Source of the DNA: Thermoflexus sp.
GTDB lineage: Bacteria > Chloroflexota > Anaerolineae > Thermoflexales > Thermoflexaceae
Length of the DNA stretch: 64,000 bases
Direction of reading: 5' to 3'
NCBI GenBank assembly: GCA_025057635.1
Contig: JANXBD010000002.1
Span: 5,517-69,516, forward strand
The position numbers and the translations under genes are program-made. Positions 20,490 to 30,881 of the stretch are shown here, in pieces. The notes beneath the pieces are model-generated. The model made no database searches. It was given only the letters and a program-made list of their open reading frames with translations, and had not been told where the DNA came from. Within the stretch, counting starts at the first letter, position 1. Every line of letters begins with the position of its first letter.

Positions 20490-20791
20490 TGGTGAGCCTC
20501 CGCATCTAATTTTAGACTAACAAGGATATCCAGTGAGGGGATATCCCTGTCTTGCCGTTTCAGGACAGATTTCTCGGATTACCTGCTCGTCGTCTTGCGG
20601 GCATAGGAAATATTTGATGGATTGCTTGTCACAGCCCGCTCAATGCCTGACTCCTCTTTAGAGGCGGGTGGTCTGCTTACCTCATACTTTAATTATACTC
20701 CGTTCTCAATATATTGGATAGAGCTTGCTTCCATACTTAGGAAAACCACCAGCGAAAATCCCGGCTGGAATTGCCACATGCCAATCTCCGC

Positions 20792-21289
20792 TCAGCGTCG
20801 GCGTCGCCTACGGGCGATCAAGAAGGCCAGCAAAGCCAGGCCTCCGGCCAGCGCGAGCCTCCACGAACTCCATCCAGTGTCTGGCAAACGCTTAGCCATG
20901 CCGAGCCAGCGATTCCCTCTACTCGCTTTGCTGTCCCCAGGGGCAGGGATAGGGGAAGGAACAGGCGGAGGCGGAGCCACCCCATCACGAGGCACCGTCG
21001 GCGGAGGGGGGGGCGTTGGGGTGAGAGTAGGCGGTGCGGTTGGCTGAGGTGAGGGTGTAGGCGTTGGACTGGGGGGTAGCGTCTCGGTGGGCGTCGGCGT
21101 GGGCGTGGAAGTGGGCGTGGAAGTGACCGTGGGTGTGGGGGATTCCAAAGGCGTCGCAGTAGGCGTGGGTAATGGTGGCGGTGTAGGGCCAGGCGTGGGA
21201 AACTGAGCATTGGCCTCCCGCACCAGAGTTAGGGCGATGACCACGATCAGTGCTCCTTGCGCGCTACCCCGCCAGATCCTCCCCATCAT
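20792..21289 (-). CDS. Small Pro/Thr-rich surface protein with LPXTG sorting signal
   Basis: Signal peptide ending ANA, PT stalk, LPDTG + hydrophobic helix + RRRRRR. Confidence 0.75.
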   Translation of the reverse strand: MMGRIWRGSAQGALIVVIALTLVREANAQFPTPGPTPPPLPTPTATPLESPTPTVTSTPTSTPTPTPTETLPPSPTPTPSPQPTAPPTLTPTPPPPPTVPRDGVAPPPPVPSPIPAPGDSKASRGNRWLGMAKRLPDTGWSSWRLALAGGLALLAFLIARRRRRR

Positions 21290-21794
21290 CGCACCTCATC
21301 AGATCAGTTTATATCGAGCCCCCAGCCTCTGAGGTGATTTCTCGCCTTGCGAAGGGCCTGCGGGGAAATCCGGGAAGAAGGAGCTCAATCGCTAGATAGA
21401 TCGCCTCACTCAATCATCAATCTGTCGATAGGCTCATGATATATCAAGACGCTTGAACCGAACACTCACATTGATTCAGGCTCGCAGGCCGGAACTCCCT
21501 TCGCTCAGACCGCAATCAAGGTCTATTCAACTCTTGTCCTCGGGTGGAATTGTGGGTCTAGAGAGCTGAAAGCGCAAGTGTTCAATATGCCCTGAATCGA
21601 GTCTTGCAACTCGATGTGCTCTCATCACGGTATGCAGTCCATCGAGCATGTTCAGGAGAGCAGGGTAGAGGATTGAATCGGAAGAACCGGAGAAGGGAAA
21701 TCGCCGTGCTCATCTCTCTAATCGTCTCATTCCGTATCAGCCATTTGAGTCTTTGAATTAGGGGGAAAAGGAGCGGTATGTAATTTTAGGAAAC

Positions 21795-21822
21795 TTGACA
21801 ATCTTGGTTTGAGCAGTATAAT
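21795..21822 (+). promoter_or_regulatory. Sigma70-type promoter for the tadE/tadG operon
   Basis: TTGACA-16 nt-TATAAT, both hexamers exact consensus. Confidence 0.75.
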
Positions 21823-21898
21823 CGTAGATAGGCCTTCCTAAAATGGGCGATTTGGTGCTCCTCGTAATCTTAGGATTACTTCATTAGGGAACAGATAG

Positions 21899-22504
21899 AT
21901 GAGGTGCGCTTGGGGGTCTATAAGAACGAAGCGGCGAAATGCCCAAAGTTTGGTAGAGTTGGCAATTCTCCTACCAGTCCTGTTGATCATTGTTGGAGGA
22001 CTGGCGGAGCTAGGATTTGCCTTAGCCGCCTATATGAGTCTTCAGGATGCGGTTCGAGAGGCCGCCCGCTTCGGGGCAGATGGGGATCCATGTGGTGGGC
22101 AGAATCCGGAGTTGGCGGATGTGATGTGCACCGACGTGAACGGATTTTATGAACCGGTTGCCCGGCGGTTCGATCAGTCCTTTGCTCCATATCGGTTGGT
22201 CAACACGGCGGGGGATGATCTGGTCATCTCAGTGTTTGGAGTGCGTGACAGCGGTGCATTGGCTTGGCGCCTTCCTAAGGATCATCCCGCTGGCTGGTCC
22301 CGATTCGGGAATCGAACCTCCCGAGTGAGCAATGCGCACGTCAGCGCCATCATGGGCCGTAACCCTAGCAAAGGAATCCTAGTCGTAGAGGTGTATTATC
22401 ATCATCGGCATCGCCTCCAATTGTTTCAGTCTATCCTCCCTGATCCGATCCCGATGTATGCGAGCGCCTGGATGCCTTTGCCCTCCGCAGATCCTCTAAA
22501 CTGA
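21899..22504 (+). CDS. TadE-like pseudopilin
   Basis: RRNAQSLVELAILLP prepilin-like motif, AVREAARFG. Confidence 0.88.
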   Translation: MRCAWGSIRTKRRNAQSLVELAILLPVLLIIVGGLAELGFALAAYMSLQDAVREAARFGADGDPCGGQNPELADVMCTDVNGFYEPVARRFDQSFAPYRLVNTAGDDLVISVFGVRDSGALAWRLPKDHPAGWSRFGNRTSRVSNAHVSAIMGRNPSKGILVVEVYYHHRHRLQLFQSILPDPIPMYASAWMPLPSADPLN

Positions 22505-22535
22505 ACGGGGCAGTCAAAATCCGGAGGAGGCTCTT

Positions 22536-24032
22536 ATGATCCGAAGGCCTGGCCAGGTGATTGTATTGTTTGCGCTCATGTTAGTTGTGCTCCTCGCTTT
22601 CACTGGCCTGGCACTCGACGGAGCGCGAATCTACATGGCAAGAAATCGCTTGCAGCATGCGCTTGATGGAGCAGCTCTAGCGGCCGCCAATCAGTTCCGT
22701 ATTGGCCGCACGATGGCTCATATCCGACGAGCTGCCGAGGATTTCCTCTCGGCCCAGGGATTTGATGTGGCTTCAGTGCGGGTTTATACCTGTGACTCTC
22801 CTGGCCCATATGAGAGCGAGCTTTGTACAAACCCACGTCGGAAACTGGTATGGGTGGAAGCCGCCATTAATGTGCCGATGACCTTTATGCAGCTACTAGG
22901 ATGGAATGTGGTACCCGTTAGCGCTGCAACCACGGGCGAGGCGGCTTCCGTAGATCTCGTGCTGATCATTGACAGTTCCGAGTCTATGGCTTATGATACG
23001 CCGATGGTTCTAGCTTCTTCAAACCCGGTCATTTGTATTCCAACGGACAGTCCCAACCCTAATCCGGCTTGCCCTAGGCCGCAGCGACCTCATTTCTGCA
23101 ATCCGGGCGATCGTTGTGTGCCGATGCGACAAGTTCGTCAGGCTGCCCTAAACTTCGCTGAACAGATGTATTATCCATACGATCGTGTGGCGGTTGTTTC
23201 GTTTGATCGCCAGGCCCGTCTGCATGTGGATCTGAACAGTGGAAATAGTCTGCAATCGGTTCGAGACGCAATCCTGGGAATCCAGGTATACGACCAATCT
23301 CTCTTCCCCGATACGGCAGTATGTGCGGGAATGTATTGCTCCCAAGGCAACTGCCAGCCTGTGCCCCAGAGGGTGCCGGGCTTGGGGGTGGATCCCCGTC
23401 CCTGTCCCAGCAGCAACGTGGCGGGGGCCCTCCGATTAGCCTACAATGTTTTGGCCACTCAGGGTCGTCGGGATGAACAAGGGGCTCTGTGGGCGATTGT
23501 GATGTTAAGCGATGCTAGTCCGAATGCCACAGATCCCATGGAGGGATTGCCGTATGGCCTGTGCCCTCGGTATTTCTCTAATCCTATTTCTTTAGATCCC
23601 ACTTGGTATTGGGGAGATCCCAGCTATCGTCCGTTTTGTCAGGATGGGAATTTTGAGCAGCGGCACCTTTCGAATAGTAATCGCTATGATGCAGAGGACG
23701 CTGCTTTGGATATGCTCGATCTCTTGAGGGACGCAAGGGTGGTGGTTTTCTCCATCGGGTATGGAACCCTGATGCACGATCTGAATGTGCTTCCAGGAGA
23801 GGGTCGTGATCGTGACTTGGGGGAGAAGTTCATGCGTTACACGGCCGATTATACTGATGGAGATAACCAAGCCGCATGTCTGCAAAGCGGAACGAATTGG
23901 TTTGATCCTGGAGCGGTCTGGAAGCCTCAAGGAGTGAGTTGTAGTAACTATTTCTATGCGCCCAATCCTAGTGCTCTCCAAGAGATCTTTCGTGAGATCG
24001 CTCGGCGTATTTTCACTCGAATCAGTCGTTGA
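22536..24032 (+). CDS. TadG-like pilus protein with vWA domain, Cys-rich
   Basis: [27 protein letters not shown]-like [13 protein letters not shown]. Confidence 0.88.
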   Translation: MIRRPGQVIVLFALMLVVLLAFTGLALDGARIYMARNRLQHALDGAALAAANQFRIGRTMAHIRRAAEDFLSAQGFDVASVRVYTCDSPGPYESELCTNPRRKLVWVEAAINVPMTFMQLLGWNVVPVSAATTGEAASVDLVLIIDSSESMAYDTPMVLASSNPVICIPTDSPNPNPACPRPQRPHFCNPGDRCVPMRQVRQAALNFAEQMYYPYDRVAVVSFDRQARLHVDLNSGNSLQSVRDAILGIQVYDQSLFPDTAVCAGMYCSQGNCQPVPQRVPGLGVDPRPCPSSNVAGALRLAYNVLATQGRRDEQGALWAIVMLSDASPNATDPMEGLPYGLCPRYFSNPISLDPTWYWGDPSYRPFCQDGNFEQRHLSNSNRYDAEDAALDMLDLLRDARVVVFSIGYGTLMHDLNVLPGEGRDRDLGEKFMRYTADYTDGDNQAACLQSGTNWFDPGAVWKPQGVSCSNYFYAPNPSALQEIFREIARRIFTRISR

Positions 24033-24073
24033 TTCGCTTGTTCCTCTTCTATAAGCGAGAAAGGAGAAACGCG

Positions 24074-25219
24074 ATGAAGCGGCGTGCCCAGGGAACGGTA
24101 GAGTTCGCGATTGCACTGCCAGTGTTTCTCATGCTTGTTTTTATGGTGATCGAGCTGGGCAGGGTTTTCTACGCCTGGGTAACGATTGAAAACAATGCTC
24201 GTGCTGCCGCACGTTACCTTAGCACAGGCCAATATGATCCAATCCACTGTGGCCAGGATGGCTCAGGTTGCTCAACCGAGGAGGGCCGGGCGCAAGCCCG
24301 CCTGCAATCCGCGATGATCCGGGCCCAAGAGATCCTGTTTGGGCTCCTGATCACTGCTTTTGGGGATCAGGCGGGTGGACCCGGTTCTGATATGCCTGGT
24401 TTTTACGGGGTCACGATCTGTAGCAGCCGGGCTACGTTTGACCCGGTAGCGCTGACGTGTAGTCCAGACAACGATGTGGGAGGCCCGGGAGATCGAGTGA
24501 TTGTGGTGATTCGGCATAATCACATCGTGATTACGCCGATCCTTCGACAGATCACCCCCTTTGTCCCTCTTATCGCACGTCGGGATATTATCAATGAGCA
24601 GTTCCGAACAGTTCGCCTCCTGGGCATGCCGCCGACGGTGGTCGGAGGGGAGCTTCCAACGGCCACGCCGACGCCGCTGCCTACACCTACCTTTACGGCG
24701 ACGCCTTCCCCCACCCCTACCCCGACAGTGACGCGGACTCCAACCCCAACTTTCACGCCAACTCTCACGCGGACGCCGACGCGGACGCCGACGGCGACTC
24801 TGACGCCGACCTCTACTTCGACGCCCACGCCGACGCCCACGCGCACGCCGACGCCCACGCTGTGTCCACCTTCGGTGTGTACTCCGACCCCCACTCCTAC
24901 TCCGACGTTCACGCGGACGCCGACGCAGACGCCCACGGTGACCTTCACGCCGACCTTAACGCCCACACGGACGCCCACGCCGACCGTATGTCCGCCCTCG
25001 GTGTGCACCCCTACGCCCACACCGACCCCGGTGCCCACGCGGACACCGACGCGAACGCCGACGATCACTCCCACACCGATGCCCACGCCTACGCCGACAA
25101 TTACTCCGACGCGGGCGCCAACACCTACGCCCTCTCGCACACCAACTCGAACGCCTACGCCGGTGCAGCCCACTCCCACGCCGACGAGGACGCCTACCCC
25201 TGGAGGATATGACGGATAG
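24074..25219 (+). CDS. TadE-like pseudopilin with long Pro/Thr C-terminal tail
   Basis: [32 protein letters not shown]. Confidence 0.85.
   Translation: MKRRAQGTVEFAIALPVFLMLVFMVIELGRVFYAWVTIENNARAAARYLSTGQYDPIHCGQDGSGCSTEEGRAQARLQSAMIRAQEILFGLLITAFGDQAGGPGSDMPGFYGVTICSSRATFDPVALTCSPDNDVGGPGDRVIVVIRHNHIVITPILRQITPFVPLIARRDIINEQFRTVRLLGMPPTVVGGELPTATPTPLPTPTFTATPSPTPTPTVTRTPTPTFTPTLTRTPTRTPTATLTPTSTSTPTPTPTRTPTPTLCPPSVCTPTPTPTPTFTRTPTQTPTVTFTPTLTPTRTPTPTVCPPSVCTPTPTPTPVPTRTPTRTPTITPTPMPTPTPTITPTRAPTPTPSRTPTRTPTPVQPTPTPTRTPTPGGYDG
24655..25200 (+). repeat. Low-complexity (Thr-Pro)n coding repeat with a duplicated CPPSVC unit
   Basis: ACGCCG/ACGCCC hexamer runs; [13 protein letters not shown] occurs twice. 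Confidence 0.9.
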
Positions 25220-25636
25220 GCGAGTTTAGGAGGCCAGTGAAAAGGGGTGGGCAACCCTTGGTGAAATGGAATATCCCAGTGCCTCGGGGAGGGAAGCTGG
25301 TTAAGCCCCTCCCCTCATAATCTTTGATCTTCGTTGTGCCATTCCCTTTAGAACGTGAGAGGAGCATGCGGTTGAAACGGAGATGTCACTAACGGTGATG
25401 TCTCGATGTGCGAGCCTGGGCCAGATGCTTGATTGTCCAGTGGATCTCTAGGCGTTCATCGAATAGTGGGTGGATTCCCATGATGGGGTAAGGATCGATT
25501 GGAGCAAGACCCAGCTTCATGACGGAGAGATCCTCCTGATCTTCTCCACAGTCCTCAGAGTGAGTAGCTGTGGGTGTTCGTCTATAAATCAACCCCTAGC
25601 CCCATGGTTCTTCGATAGCTTATCCGGAGAGTGGGT

Positions 25637-26800
25637 ATGAGGCGTAGCTGGCAACCCCCAAAGCGGATAATCGTATCGGGTTTGATTCTCTCTGGGATCG
25701 CTCTGTGGCTCTCGATGATTGGAATGGGAATGGCCCGCGCCCAGCCACTACCTCCACCCGAATGGATGTCCCCTCGGCCCCATGCTCCTCAAATCCGAGT
25801 AGCTAGCACGGAAAGCCTCAACAACACCCGATGGCAAACGATTGTGATTGGCGTCTCATCTCCAGGTGCTTCTGAGTTGTGGATCACACGAGAGAATCTG
25901 CTTCAAAACACGACGCTCGAGAGCCTGCGCTTAGGATTTGGAGGACTAACGTATCCGGATCCAATCACTCGTGTTCACGCATGGGCGGAGCCGTCGGACA
26001 CGGGAATTACCTGGACGGTTGAGACAACCGGCGTGGTGTTTTATGGGGTTCGGTTCACACACACGCTATTCGCCTCCTGGGTCACTACTGCTTATGCGGT
26101 TTATGATCCGCCTGAGTATTTAATCACCTTTGGCGTGATCGGCGGCGTAGGCTTCGAGTATGTCACGGGGGTCTATGTGAAAGTCCCAGACGTATATACG
26201 ATCACTTATGCCCGAGTGATTTCCGCGCAGCCCGAGGTTCCGGATCCATTTCCAGTCTATACGGTGGACGGCGCTTACTGGCCGATGACCCGCATGCAGC
26301 CTCCCCCGGGAAGCCGCGCCTGGATCACCTACTCAATCCGTGTTGGCGATCGGCGGGAGGATAACGCGAATCCGCGCCCAGATTTGATCTGGCTTACTCC
26401 TAAGCTCCAGATCATCGGCAACCGCCAGGTTCGTGTATCGGCCGAGATCCAAAACAGCGGTCTTGCCCGAGTTCCCGGCCGGATTGGCGGGTTTCTGGCA
26501 GCTCTTTATCAGCGCCTTCCGGGAGATCCGCCCTCTGGGCCGCTGGATGGCCGGGGCTTTGTCGCGTGGATGCAAGGGCCATCCGGACCGTGGTTGTTGC
26601 CCATGGATCCGGGCACTCGGGTTTCGGTCTCTGCAACCGCTTCCCTTGAAGCCAATAAGTGTTTCTTCCTGTATGTGGATGTAGATCCTTATTACGAGAC
26701 CACAGTCGGTCGAGTATGGGAAGCTAATGAGGGGAATAACGTAGCCGAGATCTGCCCCCCAACGGTTTATCTTCCTTTGGTGCTTCGAGGTGGCCCGTAG
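25637..26800 (+). CDS. Exported protein with CARDB-like domain and C-terminal VYLPLVLR motif
   Basis: Signal peptide (ARA), PDL...IQNSG...VDP...VWEANEGNN, ends VYLPLVLRGGP. Confidence 0.75.
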   Translation: MRRSWQPPKRIIVSGLILSGIALWLSMIGMGMARAQPLPPPEWMSPRPHAPQIRVASTESLNNTRWQTIVIGVSSPGASELWITRENLLQNTTLESLRLGFGGLTYPDPITRVHAWAEPSDTGITWTVETTGVVFYGVRFTHTLFASWVTTAYAVYDPPEYLITFGVIGGVGFEYVTGVYVKVPDVYTITYARVISAQPEVPDPFPVYTVDGAYWPMTRMQPPPGSRAWITYSIRVGDRREDNANPRPDLIWLTPKLQIIGNRQVRVSAEIQNSGLARVPGRIGGFLAALYQRLPGDPPSGPLDGRGFVAWMQGPSGPWLLPMDPGTRVSVSATASLEANKCFFLYVDVDPYYETTVGRVWEANEGNNVAEICPPTVYLPLVLRGGP

Positions 26801-27164
26801 GGCGGTCGATATCACGTGCAGACGGCCTCGCGGACACCGCGGTGCTATGCTACATCATAGAGGCGTTTGGGGAACTCCTGCCCCGGGAGGATCAGAGCTC
26901 GGCGGAGCTTGGGCGATGCGGCTCTGGAGAAAGCCTGTGATCCGCATGTCGATTAGTGGTCGCTTCTCTTTGCGCATCAGATGAAAGGCCACGGAAATCA
27001 AAAAGGGCTCGTTCACTTTTCGATCCGTCCACGGAGGATCTGTTCCCCCAAGAGTTTTTCACCTGTAGACGGTGGAGAATTCCTATCGGATTAGACGTTG
27101 ATTTGTCTTCTGTTCCTGTTCCATTCCTCGCGCTATGGCAGACTGAGTGCTAGAGCATCCGCCT

Positions 27165-28682
27165 ATGAAGCTGCGGCCCCTAAATGTGGTGATCAGCATC
27201 GCCTTGCTCTTCGGATGTCTTTCGAGACCGGTGCCGGTCACAATCGTAGCGGATGGCCAGCAGCGCACCTTTTACACCCGAGCAGCAACGGTTCGGGAGG
27301 CTCTGGAGCATGCAGGGATCTCGCTGGGGGATTTAGACCGGATTTCTCCCCCGGAAACCGTTCAGATCGCGCCCGGGATGATTATCACTGTCACGCGGAT
27401 CACCCAGACGTTGGAAAGTCAAGAGTTTGAAATTCCATTTGCGCGCCAGATTCTGAAAGACGCTCGGTTAGCTCCGGGGGAGACTCGCCTGATCCGCCGC
27501 GGCGAGCCGGGCCTCGAGCGGGTGACCATCCGGATCACGTGGGTGGATGGCCGGCCGATGGAGCGCCAGGAAATCCGACGGGAGCGCGTCCGGGATCCGG
27601 TGCCGGAGATCATAGCCGTCAGCCTGCTGGGAGAGATGGCCTCCATGCCGATCTCCGGCACTCTGGTCTTTCTAGCTCGGCGGGATGCGTGGCGAATTGC
27701 TGGGGAAACCCCTCGGATCTTACGCCTGACGAACCTGGGCGACCTAGACGGTCGGATTTTCACGCTATCCTCGGATGGCCGCTTCCTCCTATTCTCTCGA
27801 GCTTCCCCGACAGGCACTCATACCCTTCTGAATACGCTATGGGGGCTTTCCCTTGGAGCGGATCCTCCCCGTCCGCAACCGGTGGGCTTAGAGAATGTGC
27901 TCTGGCTGGAATGGGCGCCTCAAGGGGATCGCGTGGCCTTCGCCACGGGGAAGCCCAGCCCGGGGCCGCCAGGCTGGCGGGCGCACAACGATCTCTGGAT
28001 CGGCCGATGGATCAATGGGCGGATCGAAGCCCAGCGGGTGCTGACGCCAACCGCTGGCGGCCCTTACGGGTGGTGGGGGATGACTTGGGCCTGGTCCCCA
28101 GACGGGCGTCGCCTAGCCTTCGGGCGAACCGATGGAATCGGGGTTCTCGATTTGGCGGGCCTGAAGGCGACCTCATGGCTGACCTTCCCGGTTTATGAGA
28201 CCCGGAGCGCATGGGCCTGGGTGCCTGCGCTCGCTTGGTCTCCGGATGGTCGATATCTCGCCGCGATCGTCCATGGCCCTCCCCGTTTTGGGGAGCCTCC
28301 GGAGCAATCCACCCGGTTTGATGTTTGGATTCTAGCCGTGAACGAAGGATGGGCACGTCCGCTAATAGAAGATGTCGGGATGTGGGCAGGCATTCTTTGG
28401 AGTCCCTGGGGGCTGTTCTTTGGTCAGGCCCACCAGCCTGAGGCTGGAGATGCCTCGCGTTATGACCTCTACTGGGCCGATCACGATGGCAGCGACCGGC
28501 GGCGGCTGTTCCCGCCGGAGGGAGAGGTGGGGTTCGGTGGCCAGCCCGACATGCGCTGGGCCCCTGATGGCCAGGGCCTTCTGATCCGTTACCAGGGCGA
28601 CCTCTACTATATCGCTATCCCCTCAGGCCGAGCCTATCGGCTGACCGCACAGGGGGACATCGCCGCGGTGGCGTGGCGGTGA
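27165..28682 (+). CDS. Putative lipoprotein with DUF348 + G5 + TolB-like beta-propeller
   Basis: Lipobox LFGC, TVREALEHAGISLGDLDRISP (DUF348), G5-like GEPG segment, repeated WSPDG. Confidence 0.8.
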   Translation: MKLRPLNVVISIALLFGCLSRPVPVTIVADGQQRTFYTRAATVREALEHAGISLGDLDRISPPETVQIAPGMIITVTRITQTLESQEFEIPFARQILKDARLAPGETRLIRRGEPGLERVTIRITWVDGRPMERQEIRRERVRDPVPEIIAVSLLGEMASMPISGTLVFLARRDAWRIAGETPRILRLTNLGDLDGRIFTLSSDGRFLLFSRASPTGTHTLLNTLWGLSLGADPPRPQPVGLENVLWLEWAPQGDRVAFATGKPSPGPPGWRAHNDLWIGRWINGRIEAQRVLTPTAGGPYGWWGMTWAWSPDGRRLAFGRTDGIGVLDLAGLKATSWLTFPVYETRSAWAWVPALAWSPDGRYLAAIVHGPPRFGEPPEQSTRFDVWILAVNEGWARPLIEDVGMWAGILWSPWGLFFGQAHQPEAGDASRYDLYWADHDGSDRRRLFPPEGEVGFGGQPDMRWAPDGQGLLIRYQGDLYYIAIPSGRAYRLTAQGDIAAVAWR

Positions 28683-28802
28683 AGGGAGGCCAAGGCCATC
28701 TACGAATTAAGAGCGCAAGGGTTCCGGAGCGACAAAGTGAAGATACAGCTCTCGGACTCTCGGTTGGGAGCTCTAATCCTGTGACGGAGCAGCGATGAAT
28801 CC

Positions 28803-29585
28803 CTAACTTAGTTTAGAGGGTTCCACCGGGGATAGGACGAAGCTCTCGATTGGACTAAGGGGGCGGAGATAACGGGGTGTCGCAAGGGGAAAATCGGCAT
28901 AAATCCCTCGACGCTCCGGGGGGAGCAGAGCAGCGATTTGTAGCATTAATTCATCGGTGGCTTCCCGCAGGGCTTCCCGACTTCGTTCCTCCGGGATCTC
29001 CACATAGAGGGGCGGTCCAAAGACTACCCGAACGGGTGTGCGCCGGAGCCAGCGGATGTTGAACTTGAAGCGATCCGTCCCCTCAACGCCTACTGGCACA
29101 ATAGGAGCTCCTGTGCGCCACGCTAGATATACCGCTCCCTCTTTCCCTTGAATCAGCGCGCCTGTGGGACTGCGTGTTCCCTCGGGAGCGATGAGCAGAA
29201 CCCCGCCCATCCGAAGGACTTCCAGAGCTGTATGGACGGCCCGACGGTCGATCTCTCCCCGTCGGACGGGAAAGGCATCGAAGGCGCTGACCAGAGGGCC
29301 TAGGACGATATCGCGGAAAACCTCGGCCTTGGCCATGGGGAGCACCTTGCGCTGCAGAAGGCTGACCACCAGGACCGGATCCAGGAAGCTGATGTGATTG
29401 ATGGCCAGGATCACGGGTCCGGAGGGGGGGATGTTTTCCAACCCTACCACCTCCAGGCGCAGCACGATCCGATAGGCAAGGTGAAGAAGGAAGGTCAGAA
29501 AGCGGCGCAGCCACGAGTGTCGATGGACTCGTGTGGCGGTCGCCCAGCGGGAGGCTCTTCGAAACACCCGTCCCGTCTCGGTCAT
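28803..29585 (-). CDS. plsC: 1-acyl-sn-glycerol-3-phosphate acyltransferase
   Basis: NHISFLD, APEGTRS, PIVPVG. Confidence 0.92.
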   Translation of the reverse strand: MTETGRVFRRASRWATATRVHRHSWLRRFLTFLLHLAYRIVLRLEVVGLENIPPSGPVILAINHISFLDPVLVVSLLQRKVLPMAKAEVFRDIVLGPLVSAFDAFPVRRGEIDRRAVHTALEVLRMGGVLLIAPEGTRSPTGALIQGKEGAVYLAWRTGAPIVPVGVEGTDRFKFNIRWLRRTPVRVVFGPPLYVEIPEERSREALREATDELMLQIAALLPPERRGIYADFPLATPRYLRPLSPIESFVLSPVEPSKLS

Positions 29586-29663
29586 GTCAGGATGTTCCTT
29601 ACTGTATTGGATTTTGACCCAGCGGCCTCACCTGCTTTGCAAATCGCAAGAAAGCGGTTCCCC

Positions 29664-30752
29664 TTATCGCACAGCTTCTTCCTCGGCCAGCCGACGAGTT
29701 TGATCTTCGATGATCATTGCTTCGATAAGGGGATCTAAATCGCCATCTAAGATCTCCTGTAGCCGATGCAGCGAGAGAGTGATCCGATGATCGGTGACCC
29801 GGTTCTGGGGGAAGTTATACGTGCGGATCTTCTCCGCGCGCTCCGCAGTCCCCACCTGAAGACGACGGGCCTGGCTGACCTCCGCCTCTCGTTTCCGGCG
29901 CTCCAGCTCATATAGGCGGGCCCGCAAAATGGTCAACGCCCGCTGCTTGTTCTGAAACTGGGATCGCTCGTCCTGACATGAGACCACGATCCCAGTGGGG
30001 ATGTGTGTGATCCGCACCGCCGTCTCGTTCTTCTGCATATGCTGTCCGCCCGCTGTCCCTGCCCGGAACGTTTCGATGATAATGTCCTTCGGATCGATCT
30101 GCACCTCCACCTCATCCATCTCCGGCAGCACAGCCACCGTAGCTGTGCTGGTGTGGATACGCCCGGAGGCCTCGGTGATGGGAACCCGTTGAACCCGATG
30201 GACGCCGCTCTCATATTTAAGGCGGGAATAAGCGCCACGGCCGCGGATCAGGAAGATCACTTCTTTAAAGCCGCCTAGGCCGGTCTCATTTGCGCTGAGG
30301 AGTTCCACCTCCCAGCCCTTTCGCTCGGCGTAGCGGGAATACATCCGGAAGAGATCCGCGGCGAACAGAGCGGCCTCCTCCCCGCCTGCCCCCGCGCGGA
30401 TCTCCATAATGACGTTCCTTTCATCGTTCGGATCGCGGGGGAGCAGGAGACGTAGGATCTCCTGCTCAAGGCGCTCCTGCTCTTCCGAGAGGCGTTCCAT
30501 CTCCTCCCGGGCGAGGGCGGCCAGCTCCTCATCCTCCGCCGTTTCCAGCAGCTGCCGCGCCTCCTCCAGCTGTCGGCTCGCCGCCAGGTAGCGGCGGAAA
30601 GCTTCCACGAGGGGTTCCAGCTCCTCCCGCTCCTGGCTGAGGGCTCGGAGTCGTGAAATGTCCATAGCCACGGCTGGGTCGGCCAGCATCGCCGTCAGCT
30701 CTTCGTATCGCTGTTCGACAGCTTCCAGCTTCTCCTTCCAACGTCGTTGCAT
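29664..30752 (-). CDS. prfA: Peptide chain release factor 1 (start uncertain)
   Basis: [20 protein letters not shown] (PxT), [18 protein letters not shown]. Confidence 0.96.
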   Translation of the reverse strand: MQRRWKEKLEAVEQRYEELTAMLADPAVAMDISRLRALSQEREELEPLVEAFRRYLAASRQLEEARQLLETAEDEELAALAREEMERLSEEQERLEQEILRLLLPRDPNDERNVIMEIRAGAGGEEAALFAADLFRMYSRYAERKGWEVELLSANETGLGGFKEVIFLIRGRGAYSRLKYESGVHRVQRVPITEASGRIHTSTATVAVLPEMDEVEVQIDPKDIIIETFRAGTAGGQHMQKNETAVRITHIPTGIVVSCQDERSQFQNKQRALTILRARLYELERRKREAEVSQARRLQVGTAERAEKIRTYNFPQNRVTDHRITLSLHRLQEILDGDLDPLIEAMIIEDQTRRLAEEEAVR

Positions 30753-30881
30753 GATGATGCCCGCCATCGAACGATTGCTTCGAGATCTGGATTCCAGGAT
30801 CGTAGTCATTCCAGATTAGGGATCAGACAGTTCGTCGAAGACGGCGCTGAAGGAGCCAGGCTGCATTGAAACATCCCCCAG

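Noticed and set aside
24520-25254. Antisense (GV)n ORF and CRISPR-like periodicity
   Set aside because: This is the mirror of the Thr-Pro coding repeat; there is no repeat-spacer structure
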